64,000 nt of DNA from assembly GCF_964355755.1 (NCBI RefSeq), contig NC_092679.1, positions 6,416,201 through 6,480,200 of the forward strand, written 5' to 3'. The notes below the pieces were generated by a model. That model worked only from the letters and a program-made list of their open reading frames with translations. It ran no database searches and was not told the DNA's origin. Shown piece after piece: positions 33,983 to 47,300 of the stretch. The DNA comes from Antedon mediterranea (Eukaryota > Animalia > Echinodermata). Both the position numbers and the translations under genes were made by a program. Each line of letters begins with the position of its first letter. Positions within the stretch are counted from its first letter, which is position 1.

Positions 33983-36349
33983 ATGCTGTGGTATATAATA
34001 AACAGCGGGCAGAGTCCAGCCGAAGAACAGCTGATTTCAAGGATGACGTTGGCATTGGCGTTTTTATCCATCTTCGTTATGAGCCTGCTGCAGTGGTTTA
34101 AGGCAACATACGGTCGCTACGGTCATCTCACAGACTCCATGAGGATTAATGTGAGAGTAGCCTGGATTGTTCAAGAGCTTCCAGCATTGTCAATACCACT
34201 GGCGTTAGTTCTCTTCACAGATAGTCCCCAGACTAAGAACCCAGTCAACGTTATTCTATGTGGTCTCTTTATTATTCACTATTTTCAAAGGTATGTTTTG
34301 TTTAAATAAAAACTAAAGCAACTATTAAATGTAATCTGACTACACAGTGTAGTGGTATTAAGAGTCAGTTTTATTTTAGTACCAAATGAATTTGGAAATC
34401 GCTACTAATTTTTCTAATTTAACCGTTTCTGTTGATTGATTAGAGTTCAAAATCTGTATGGAGTTGTTTATGATGCAAAACAGTAAATCTGCCGTATGTC
34501 TGAACAGGTCATTTAGAGTTCTAGCTTTTTGGTTATAATTGATTAATTGGTTTATTTTTTAATGTTTGTTATTTTTGTTTTATTAAAAATGGAATTTTCT
34601 ACTATTGTTTATAATTCATAACAATGAATTTTTTTTACTAGGGCCCTTGTGTTCCCGTTTTTGATACGTGGTGGAAAGGATACTCCCATTCTACCGTTTG
34701 TTCTGGCCCTTATGTTTTGTATGTGTAATGGATATATACAAGGAAGGTATCTTACCATGTATGGAGAATATCCAAGTAGTTGGATTTTGGATCCTAGGTT
34801 TTTAGTGGGTACGTTTGTTTTTTAATAAAGAATTTTTGAAAAGAATAATTATTTTAAAGAAGATTAATAATCTTGTTTTACAGATTTTTCTTTATAATTT
34901 CAACATTATATTAATAATAATAATAATAGGCTGTGAAATATAGAATTAATCTGTAATTTGTTTAAAAGATTCATCAGAATTATAATAAGCATATAACTTT
35001 GAGATGCTTTAGTAAATCCTTTCTGTTGTCAAAGTTTTAGTTTTTCTAGAAGGAAGCCACATAGAAATCAGTATAATTGTTGTGTATACTGCTCATGACA
35101 TTAATTTTTACAGAAAAAATATTTTAATTATATATTTATAGTGCTTTGTTTATCCATATTCCAGGTATTTTTCTTTTCTTTGCCGGGATGTCTATTAATT
35201 TGCACTCAGATTATATTCTCAGAAATTTACGGAAACCTGGTGAGACTGGATATAAGATACCAAAAGGTAAAATGAATTTAGTTGATGTGGACTGCTGTGT
35301 GGTGGAGTAGATTCTCAGTCTGGGCAGGGGTAGAGATGCTTACATTTTCTAAGAATCTTTTACAAAACAATGAATAGCTTAGCACCCTCCTGTTTTTTAG
35401 GGTAGCCCTAGTACCAGTAGTCCATGCCAGTGTCATAGACAAATTCTGTAATACAGTATCACATGTGAAGCCTTTATCTGTAGGCCATAAGTTTAACTCT
35501 AACCTTAACATAATACAGACAGCACATATGATACATGTGTCACAGTATCACAGAATTTGCCTATGATACTGGTATATATGTGGAGAATAACGTACAGTAC
35601 ACTTAACTCTAGATTCGCTATCAATTCAGAATCATAGATTTATTTTTTATTTATATTTACAGTTATATTTCCCTTTTTTCAGGTGGAATGTTTAACTATG
35701 TGTCAGGTGCCAATTTCTTTGGCGAGATTCTGGAGTGGTTGGGTTTTGCAATAGCCAATTGGTCTTTCTCTGGATTTTCATTTTTTCTTTTTACTCTGTG
35801 CAACATTGGACCAAGAGCTTGTCACCATCACCAGTAAGCGCTTAAATTATTTCTGATTTATGAACTAAAACTGTGTTCACACCATGCCATATTTCTGGTT
35901 GCTTAATTAAAACTGTGTTCACACCATGCCTTATTTCTGGTTGCTTAATAAAAACTGTGTTCACACCATGCCTTATTTCTAGTTGCTTAATTTAATTAAA
36001 ACTGTGTTCACACAGACCTTATTAAATAAGGATGTCTCAAAGTAGAGGTTCTACTGTTAGTTGTTGTTATTACATTTTCATACAGTATAGGATAAGACGT
36101 TACTTGTGCATGGCGAAAAAAATTATCTTTAGACCTGTCTAAACTATTAAAGTAAATGTAATGTGCCCATATATGGACATGATTTCATATCACTACCATA
36201 TTTGGGCACATCACACTTTTTTTGTCAAACAAGTTTGATAGTGTAGACAGAGCTTTACTGTATAATGTCTTTTTCTCTTTAGGTATTATCTTGAAAAGTT
36301 TGACAATTATCCAAAAACAAGAAAAGCTGTGATTCCATTTATTTTCTAA
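33983..36349 (+). CDS. SRD5A1: 3-oxo-5-alpha-steroid 4-dehydrogenase (steroid 5-alpha-reductase 1/2 family), 5 exons, 264 aa
   Basis: Exons 33983-34290, 34642-34808, 35165-35266, 35683-35833, 36283-36349 (795 nt). Motifs YGRY, AWIVQELP, HYFQR, NGYIQG, HSDYILRNLRKPGETGYKIPKGGMFNYVSGANFFGEILEW, PRACHHH, YPKTRKAVIPF. The catalytic Glu and Tyr equivalents are present. Probably co-orthologous to SRD5A1 and SRD5A2. Confidence 0.96.
35866..36012. repeat. ~42-bp tandem repeat (about 3.4 copies) in SRD5A intron 4
   Basis: Unit TAAAACTGTGTTCACACCATGCCTTATTTCTGGTTGCTTAAT. Confidence 0.9.
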
Positions 36350-37386
36350 ATAATGGAATCTATAACTTTGAACTTTGACATGGGAACAGAGAAAAGGATC
36401 AGCTGAAGGAGTAGATTTGACAGTTTTACAGTTGAAAATGTATTACATAATATAGTATTGACAATAGTATTTGATTATATAATATTTGTTCAATTCAATT
36501 GAAAAACAATATAAATATATATATTATGCAGATAGAAATCTTTCTATGTTTGTTTTGATTGATTTGTGAAATCAGTCACTAAAAGTAAAACTACTTTGAA
36601 AATAATTTTTACTACATACAACCCAAAAACTTTAAAAATATTAAACTTATAAAAGATTATAAGATTAGATGTCAGCGTTTATTAGTTTCAGGCATGGCAG
36701 AATGTTGGAACAATGCATTTTAGCCATAATTTGACTATAGCCTAGAATAAATGTACCGTATATTCCCAATTGTCATCCCATTTCTGGTCTAAATCCCACT
36801 CCCTACTTTATGTCTGATTTCACAAACAGGCATATCCCCTTGTATAGTCCCAGTATTGACTTTTGATGTGGATGTAGGCCTCTCTCTAGCCAGTTTAGAT
36901 GAGTTTTTATAAGAAATGCTTACCAATAATTTTTTTTCCTGAATTAGGGTTTCCCGGGTACATTCCCACCCCACAAAGTCAGCCCAATTTCGTGTTCTAG
37001 AGCTGTAGGATTATACCAGAGGATATACGGTACAGTATACATTAGTAGTAACATGCAATGGGGAATTGTGCATTCTGTCATATTATTTAACTTCAACATT
37101 GCAGGGTGTAATTTTAAAATATAAAGTAGTTTCAGAATAATATTTTTATAAGGTATATATTGTACAATTTAAGTTACATTATTATAACTAAAAAAATTGT
37201 TTCTGTATTGAACTTTTGAACCTAACCTTTGACACAAGGCCATTTATTTAAGGCCATAAAACTACAGTGATGGAGAATTTGTCATATTATCTCTCAACAC
37301 CCCCCCCCCCCCCCTTTGCCGACACAGATGGTTGGTTACGCATATTATTTGTGTACGTGTCAGGCCTGATTGTATGCAAACATTCA

Positions 37387-37910
37387 AGACACTAGACCTA
37401 CGTTTTACCTAATTTAAGGTCACACACTACATTTTATGTAAAAATAAGTACCATATGGACCTAATGCTATAATTTTTTTCGCCTTTAAATGGTTAAAAGT
37501 TGTGAAAAATAAGTTGATTCTAATCATTTTAGCAGCCTGCTATAATCCCAACATGCATTGTGTGACAATTGATATTTTCATATTGTGATGTGATGCACCC
37601 ACTTCGATCGCAAAAGGTAAACAAATAAAAAAACCGTAACTTTTCAGATAAAATACCAGGTCTTGCCAAATTTGTATTAGCAGATTCAGCAACGCGACAT
37701 TGTCAGACTAGTTCGTACGTTACCGCTCTTTCTATAAAACTAGCCCAACTAAGTATGCCTAGAAACATCAACGAGAGAACTTTTGACGCGAGCTACTGAT
37801 GTAGTGCATTGTTTTTCTCTTTAAAACAAGCAATGACCTGGTTTAATGTTTTTAAAGTTATATATATGCATTATTTTTACAAGTAGTCAAATATTGCAGG
37901 TCTAGTGTCT
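37387..37910. mobile_element. Kolobok-like non-autonomous element
   Basis: TIR AGACACTAGACCT...AGGTCTAGTGTCT flanked by TTCA/TTAA (decayed TTAA TSD). Confidence 0.65.
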
Positions 37911-38598
37911 TTAAGTACATATTTTAACAATATTGTTTATGTATTTTGATTTATTAATATAAAAAGTTTTTTAAATGCTCTTATTACATTTTCCTGTTAT
38001 GTACAGTATATATTCTGTGGAGCATACATTACTAGGTCAAACTTAGCACAAATGAAGTAGTAGTTTTTGGTTTAAAAAAAAAGCAATACTGTAAATATTG
38101 TTTCAGATACTTCATCATTTAATCATACATTATTTTATCTTTTAAACTAAGACAGGTGCACTGCTATAATGAGCTGCCCAGTGCAATTAAAAATGTTTGC
38201 CTTAAAACTCCGGTCCACTGATTTAAATAAACAGTCCTATATACAAAACAACTTACGTCTTTCATTTAATTTGCATTAAAACAAATTTTTAAATATTAGT
38301 ATTAAAGATTAGTATTAAATAAAATGTTATTTATAGATTTATGGTGTTTGTAACCTACCGTAAATGTAAATTTGTTTTCAATTTTGTTCAAATAAATATT
38401 ATTGTTCAATGTAGTTTTTGTTGATGTGTAAAAGTACAGAAAAGAAATAATATATAATGTGATTTTGTCTGTTTGTTTTTTTCATTGTTTTTTTTTTGGT
38501 ATTTTTATTATTTAATTTAATTAATAGTCCCTATAATTGACACTGTTGTGACAGCCACCACCACCAGAACAACTCTAAAATGACAACGTGTTTGCATG

Positions 38599-38733
38599 CC
38601 CCGCCCATTTTTTGTGTTGAGGCAAAGAATATATATCTTTGGTTGAGGTCGACGGTTACGACGAAGACGGCGGTTCGACGGACCAGCTGCTTTTTTTAGG
38701 GAGAGCGAGAGAAAAGGTCACTGGTGTTTACAC
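38599..38733 (+). promoter_or_regulatory. Probable promoter and non-coding first exon of the CCDC9-like gene
   Basis: GC box CCCCGCCC at 38599-38606, CpG-rich patch 38645-38733, donor ACG|GTAATT at 38733/38734. The next acceptor is at 41338. Confidence 0.5.
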
Positions 38734-39229
38734 GGTAATTATTGCCTTAATTATTTACTTTTTACTTGTGTGTGTTTAGAAACGATTCTAGTTAAGTTTG
38801 TGATTCAAATTGTTGTTACGTAAACTAGAATTTAGCGTGTTTGTTCTAGTGTTTTTACATTTAATTGGCTAAGCCTAGGCCGGTTGTTGTACACAGAGGC
38901 CGAGCTATTCTATGATACTCTTTCATAAGTCAGACAGGCATTTGTTGTTTAAAGTCCGATATGAATGATCACACTACTGTACTGGGTATCACTGTACTAC
39001 TAGGCCTAGCCTATATGGGGCTGGAATTTTGCAAGCCTAGCTTGAAATACTAGGTAGATTTCAACAAGTATTTCACAATATTATCTATGTGTATGATTAA
39101 TAAATTCATTTGTATTTTCAAAAATAAAATGTTATGTATTTTAGAAATGATTTATTTATCAGAAATTTTAAGATAAATAATTTTAACGACCTATAATTAA
39201 TTTGCGTGAGATTGCCAGCAACAGAAATA

Positions 39230-40312
39230 GGGTGTCACGAAAGCTCAGACCACGAAAGCTCAGACCCCCTAAGACCTAAGATCACGAAAGCTAAGACCCA
39301 ACACCTAAGATTACAAATATTTATCTTTCGCACCTGCCTTGTATTTTAACTCCCAACATTTATTCTGAATACCACACCTTAGAATTGGCACTTTCATGAA
39401 AAAGAATCACATAAAAAGTAACAAATACATTTTTAAATTGATGATTTTACAGATGTTTTTCTCGCACACAAAATGACTAGCCTACAGTACTACAGTAGGC
39501 CTACCCCATGTTCAATGTTTTTGTTTCTATGGAACGTCAAAAGAGCAAAAATTATATATAGGGCTGAAAACTCTGTGGAGTCCATCTACAGTGTGGAGTG
39601 GATGGAACAATGTAAAATTAAAATTGTAATGATAATAGTATAATCATGCAAGTACGAAGAAATAAATACTGGCAAATAAATTTTAATTTAAAAATCATGA
39701 TAAGTTTTTTTGTTTCGTTTTCTTTCTGTTTTTATGCTTGTACTATTATTGTTGCTCTTTTGGCGCTCCATGGAAACAAAAACATTGAGCATGGTGGGAG
39801 CTCGAGGAGTTACATTACAGTATACAAAGAAACACATATGTAAAATCATCAATTTAAAGGATTTATTTATTTGTTATTATGTGTTTCTCCTTCTGAAAGT
39901 ACTTATAAGTCCTAATTTTAAAGTTTGGTGTTCAGGATAAAGTTAGTCAACAAATTTGGAGTCAAAATACAAGAAAGGCAGGTGCGTAAGAAAAATATCC
40001 TCTGAACCAACACAATGGAGTAAATATATACCAACAAACAACCCGTCAAGTTTGTTTGTTGTAAAGAAAAAATATACATTTACTCAACAGGCGAAAATAA
40101 TGTGAGTTTATCTATGTTTTGCGGTAGTATTAAATTATATTTATGGTAATAAATGAAACCTACTGTGTTTAAAATTATGTATGGATAAACAAGTATTGTT
40201 TTTAATCTGTAGTATATCTTAGTATTTGTAATCTTAGGTGTTGGGTCTTAGCTTTCGTGATCTTAGGTCTTAAGGGGTCTGAGCTTTCGTGGTCTGAGCT
40301 TTCGTGACACCC
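39230..40312. mobile_element. Non-autonomous Mutator-like (MULE) element, copy 2, with intact 10-bp TSD
   Basis: TIRs GGGTGTCACGAAAGCTCAGACC...GGTCTGAGCTTTCGTGACACCC. TSD AACAGAAATA at 39220-39229 and 40313-40322. Confidence 0.93.
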
Positions 40313-41381
40313 AACAGAAATAAGTGGCTTTTGTTATTTTGAATTTTTATTTTTACATTATTTTATATTTTTTGTTGTTGTAGGATGCATGCATATAAGA
40401 ACGTATCAGATTTTGTAAATCCACAGTGCGTGGTTTTGTTACATTTTTTGGAATAAAGTTACCTATATATATATTGTTCAAACATCCTTTTTAGACATTT
40501 TATCTCTAGAGACTAGGCTAGGCCTAGCCTACTACTACTAGCTGCTAGACTAGCTTTTCTTGTTGTTTAATATCAAAATAGTAACAGATAGGCCTAGGCC
40601 TATACACTAGGCCTACCAGGCCATTTCAGAAATTGTTATAAATGTAGTGGTACTGTAGGTACTGTATTATAAAATAATGGCCAAACACCAATTTATATTT
40701 ATGAACTAGGCCTAGGCTACATTATTACCCATCTGATCATCTCGGAAGGTCTATTCTATTGTAAAAAAATAAAAACCAAGAATTTACTACAAGTACAATA
40801 CAAGCAATACAAATTATTGTAATTATTTTTATTGTTATCATTATGTTAAACTTGCAAGCAAAAAAATCACACATATACTAGGCCTATACAAATGATATAC
40901 TGTAGTTTTAACTTTTAACTGAAACATTTTGACTCTGATTGAAATTTACAGAGAGGCAATTTCCAATGACAATAATTTAACTTGCAGAATAAAATCAGTG
41001 GTTTGTTATTGCAGGCAACATAAAAATAACTGTCTTCTAACAGATTTTATCGACTTGCAAATAATCTGTTAATAACACAGTCAATTATCTGTTTACCAAA
41101 CTGTACTCTATACAAACTTTGACAGAAAATATGTTTGTCGTCTGTCTCGGCTTTCAGGAAATATATTTCCTTGTTTTTTAATCTTAACATCCTTTTAAAA
41201 AAACTCTGTGGTAATATCAATTTACATATAAAAATGTCATTAAAAAGTATTTTCTTTGTCCAGTAGTCATTCTGAACTATTTTGTTCTAATTTGTGACGA
41301 CTTTAAACTGTAATCTTTGACCTGTTTTTTTTTTCCAGGTCAGTGTATAATAATTCATGTCTTCCAAGAGTTACGAACAAC

Positions 41382-44300
41382 ATGGCTGAACAGTTAGTAA
41401 CAAAGATGCCGGTAAGAAAATAGTGTTATCAAATGTAGTGGAATTAAGGGGACACCTTTAGGATCCATATACTAGGGATGTCTCCTAAAAAATAGATTGA
41501 TTCAATAGGGATTCCCATTGAATAGGAGTTTTAATCTGTTGCAGTAAATATGGGTGTACCCTTTTAATAATGGGGTCCCCAGATTTATATTTAGGGATTG
41601 TGCTGTACAGAATTTTTCAAACATACTGTAATTTCCCTCATTTAAACACTGGAATGTGTCCCGTTGTAGTAACACTGTATAAATTACGGATGTCCCCCTG
41701 AGGGATGTCCCAAGGAGCTGTTGTATTATATCAATTATTTCTCACTTTAAAGATACTTACAACATATTTACTGTATAATAAAAATGAATTTCATGTGTCT
41801 ATTATGTTATGATCACAGTGACGACGTAATATTAGGTACTATTAAAATTATTTAAAAAGTATTCTTAATAGTAAAAGGATACAATAATTTATCAGGAAGT
41901 TCAATGCAATATGGGAAAAATGACATATGCTTGTCACATACTGTGAAGTTTAAGTTATAACAAATTTCAGTTGTATTAATATTATTATTAATAACATAGT
42001 TACATACCTTACAAAATGCACTTTGTTAGGATGTTGACATGATCATTATTGGAGTGTCTTGTTTATAACGGTTCTTTTGTTTCAAACACTGAGTCTAAGC
42101 ATAGAGTTCTCTATGGTCTAAGCAATTAGTATTAACTGCCTACTTAACAACACACTTGCTTTTCTTCACTTTCTTTGTGTTCATTTTTAGCATTAGCATT
42201 CCTGATAAGTAATGCTGTAGTATATGACTGATCTAATTTTATAACTCCATGTTACAATATTTTATGCATATATTTTATATTTATTTTAAAATACTACATT
42301 TTTTGGTTAATTATTCATTTAAGTAAGTTTAATTTATTTATGTCTTATGTGATTTTATATAACACCTAAATAAATTCCTGTCATTTGATTGGACGAATGT
42401 GGGTCACATGGCGTGCAATAGTACGCACTATTCAACGATCGTTAAATAGTACTTTTTGAAACATTTTTGTGTACGAAAAAAAAAACGTCTCGCGGATGAA
42501 AAAAAATCTAGTACACAAATTATCCTATGATATGGCTATGTACTGTGAAATACAACAGCGCCACCTGTCGTCTGGTCTGAGTTTCATTTGTAAACACCAC
42601 CGCGAGATATGCAACAGCAGCAGATATTTGTGTACGATTTGGACATTATGTACTAATTTCATTCAAAAAGGCATTTAAATTAGCTTTAGATCGTTTTTAG
42701 GATTTTGATTAATTAATGGGGACATCCCTACAGGACGTGGAATTGTTGGAAAAACCATAATTAGCTTAGATAAGTTCCAATTGTCTGTCGAAGTTTTGCC
42801 TTTCAGCCAAGCTAGTACTAGGCTACTAGGTCTAGCCTAGGCCATGCTAGTATTAGGCTAGGCCTAGCCTAGGCGTTTTAGCCTTGCTAGGCCTAGGATT
42901 GTTTGGTCGTTTGTTGACATAATTAACACAAAAGTAGGTGTGTTTACGAAATCAATATAAAAATAAAATTTAATATAAAATTATTTAAAACGAAATGTTA
43001 CTGTTTTTAATCAATGTGTGTGAATGAAATGTAGTAAACTTTGGCTAGGGCTACCTTTTATTTGATTCAAATAACTAGAATTTATTTAGATGTTATATAA
43101 AACAAATAATGAATGTTTTGTATTCGTGTAATGGTACAAATAATGGCACTTGGTGAATGATGAAAGGTTATATTTCAACTCGGCTCATCGCCTCGTTGAA
43201 ATATAACCTTTCATCATTCACCTCGTGCCATTATTTGTACCATTACACTCATAAACATTCATTATTTGTATAATATTAGATATTTTAAAAATAATTAAAA
43301 ATATTAAAGATTATTGAACCTGGTAATAATCTATAGTGGTAGTAATAGCAATGGGAGATACATCTCCCTGCTAGTGATCCTAATTTGGGCTTCAATGTAC
43401 TGTAGCTGGTTTAGTATATTTTTAACATCTTTCGTCATCTGTTTCCTATTAGCATTGATCTTTCTAACCCAGTTCCATTAAATGAATCATGTTTTATCTT
43501 AATATTAAATAGAAAACAACATTTGAAACCAAATGTGAAAACTGTATGTTATGGAACTTTGCTTTAAAAAAATTCAATAAAAATATTTAAAATGAAAAAT
43601 TAATAGCTGAATTATAGAACATGTGATCCCTCATTATGGTTGATAATGGTTGGCTTTAACTGTAATAGAGTTTCTAAGTGCTTTTACACCATCAACTCTG
43701 ATATACGGGGTTGAATCCTGTGTTGCCAACATAATTGAAGAATAAAATTATTAACCATAAATCATTGTTAGAATTAATGTACATACATGTTGGTTCTATT
43801 TAATTATTTTTATTTGAAGTACATATAATGAATGTAACATCTGGTCTTCCTCGAGACAAATAGCATTCTGTTTAGGGATAACTTCTTTGTTTAAATTGTG
43901 AACTCAATCATCCAATTAGTCCTGTTCATCTTTAATATAGAATATACTGTATTTAGAGTATGGTCATTTGAAATAAGCATTAAACCTATTAGTTACATTC
44001 ATCATTCCTAAATCTCTGTCTACACTCTCAAACTTTGTGACAAAAAATGATGTCATATCACTACTGTATTTGGGCATGTCACTACCGTATTTGGGCACTA
44101 GTTTGATAGTGTGGACAGAACTTAAGTGTGGATTGGTGGCACATACAGTAAAACACCTGATTAAATAAAATATGGCATGAGATTCATGAAAATACATTTG
44201 TCTTTGGGAAATGGGCTTTACTTTGTAAAGTTGTGGCTTAGTGGTCATGATGCTTGGATACCACTCCAAGGGTCCTGGGTTCAAGTCCCATGTCAGATTT

Positions 44301-47300
44301 TTTTCTAAGGACAAACTTACAACTCCACTCCTAAAGACACTAATAAGAGTTTGTTTATGTAGAGCATCTTATGTATATGTTTGTCTTGTGAACCTCTGAG
44401 GGTCCCTAATGATCAGCAATTGCTGAATGGATCACCTTCATTAAATATGGTAAAAATAAAAACAAACAAAAAACTTTCAGTTCATTCACATAATTTTAAT
44501 TTAATCTTAAATTATACTCTTGTTTTAGCTGGCTCAGCAATTAAACGATATGGTCAAGAATTTTACTCTACTGGACATCCTAAGCAAAGAAGAACAAGAA
44601 GACCTGTTGTCAAGTAAAATTGACCTTATCAGAAAACAAAATGAAGAACGCATAAAAAGACATCAGGTGATTATTATTAGTTCACAACATGTCTGCAAGA
44701 GTCTGGAATAAGAGTCTAAACTGAATCCTGATGCATTGTATTTGTACCACTGTAGTGCTAAAATATATAGAACATCTGGATTAAGAGTCTAAATCCAGAT
44801 GCATTGTGTGTGACTTGCTAGAAGAAATATGTAGAGAATTATTTGGCATCTTTCCAATAGTTCTAACATTAATTTTGAACACATATGTATTTTGAATGCA
44901 TAAACATGTGTGGGGATTAATCTAATCATGTGATAATTAAATACTGCCCCCTATAGGTGTTACTGCCCCCTATAATTGTAACAGTCTTTTTCAAATGATT
45001 TGCTTTCTTTTGTATTCATGAACCGGTCAAGGAAGCAGATAGTTTTGTCTCTTATTTAATTAAAGATCTGATTAAAAGGTAATTGCTCTACTTTATACAT
45101 ATATTACTTTGTTATACATTTATAAGATTCTGTTATGTTTAAGAAACATTAATGTTGTATTTTAAGATGATTGCATTCATAGGCCTAGACATTTGTTTTG
45201 GGTTAACCTTGACTCATGGAATGTGCAGTTAGGAAGCCTATTGAATAGTATTGTGTTACAATCTTTGAACTAGGATTTTATGCCATATAATGTTATAATA
45301 TATACTTTTGTGATAAACCTTCTTTGTATTAACAAAATATGTTTAGATAGATTTAGTAATGTTTAGTTTATAGAAGATAGTTTCTAGTTAACAGTTTGTA
45401 TAAAATAGTTCATCCTACAGTTCACACTTGATTAATTTGTACACACGAGGCTACCATGCTCGTGATAGATCGTCATGTAGTGCGCCCTCTATTTATCATA
45501 CAAAATGGCTGCGCCCATGGATTTGTTATTTATATATTTTACACAAACCTAAGATTATAACTCCTTGATTCAATGAATAGACTAAGTTTAGTATTCAAAT
45601 AGTGTGAGTAAATTCCAACATGCATTTGTTCTAGTAATATAATAGTAATATTCAGGCACTTATGATGCAATTGTGTAGGTAATTAATTAGGTATTTGTAT
45701 ACTCTAACAAAGTATACAGAGGCTGTTTAGGTAGACGTGCCGTTTGACGTAATAGTCGCAGTCCTCAGAGAGAATCCTTTTTATTAGAGTCGCCTGTTAA
45801 GTGAGGTCGTTACTAAGAATTGGCTTGTATTTTAGAATATTATTTACTTTTGTTTCTCATTGTATTTATTTTGTGGTTTTCAGGACCATACTGATCTCTA
45901 TTGTTATGCTAAAAACAAATTAAAACCAAATACACCACCGGACCGTGGTAAAAGTGAGAAAAGGCGTGTTTTTCCTTTTGTGTTGTCGTCCACATCCTTA
46001 CAATTTGGTGTCAGAAGTGGGATCGTGGATCGTATTTGGCTTTAACATTAGAGATCAGTGATGGCAAGCAAGGCATCGTTGCGAGATGTGCAGAGGACGG
46101 TTGATGAGCTAAGAGCCGAACTAGAAGCAACTAGGCGTGCTGCCCATGGTAATGGAAACACAGTATATGTTCTCCCAGAGAAGAAGATGAGACACTTTGT
46201 GGGAGCCGAAGGGGAATGTGTAGAGTCCTTTGTTGAAGACGATGGTACTGGGGACGTTTACCCTGACTGGCCTGATGATGCTGGCATTGACTCTGAAAAT
46301 GCTGAAAAGATTCTTCTTGTTGTGAATAATATTAAGTTTGAGGACAAACTCAGCTTAAACAGGGGAGTGTGGGGATTAATCTAATCATGTGATAATTAAA
46401 TACTGCCCCCTATAGGTGTTACTGCCCCCTATAATTGTAACAGTCTTTTTCAAATGATTTGCTTTCTTTTGTATTCATGAACCGGTCAAGGAAGCAGATA
46501 GTTTTGTCTCTTATTTAATTAAAGATCTGATTAAAAGGTAATTGCTCTACTTTATACATATATTACTTTGTTATACATTTATAAGATTCTGTTATGTTTA
46601 AGAAACATTAATGTTGTATTTTAAGATGATTGCATTCATAGGCCTAGACATTTGTTTTGGGTTAACCTTGACTCATGGAATGTGCAGTTAGGAAGCCTAT
46701 TGAATAGTATTGTGTTACAATCTTTGAACTAGGATTTTATGCCATATAATGTTATAATATATACTTTTGTGATAAACCTTCTTTGTATTAACAAAATATG
46801 TTTAGATAGATTTAGTAATGTTTAGTTTATAGAAGATAGTTTCTAGTTAACAGTTTGTATAAAATAGTTCATCCTACAGTTCACACTTGATTAATTTGTA
46901 CACACGAGGCTACCATGCTCGTGATAGATCGTCATGTAGTGCGCCCTCTATTTATCATACAAAATGGCTGCGCCCATGGATTTGTTATTTATATATTTTA
47001 CACAAACCTAAGATTATAACTCCTTGATTCAATGAATAGACTAAGTTTAGTATTCAAATAGTGTGAGTAAATTCCAACATGCATTTGTTCTAGTAATATA
47101 ATAGTAATATTCAGGCACTTATGATGCAATTGTGTAGGTAATTAATTAGGTATTTGTATACTCTAACAAAGTATACAGAGGCTGTTTAGGTAGACGTGCC
47201 GTTTGACGTAATAGTCGCAGTCCTCAGAGAGAATCCTTTTTATTAGAGTCGCCTGTTAAGTGAGGTCGTTACTAAGAATTGGCTTGTATTTTAGAATATT

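Noticed and set aside
46272-46305. CTGATGA...GAAA as a second hammerhead inside the LTR element
   Set aside because: No stem II closing next to the core boxes and no convincing stem I or stem III.
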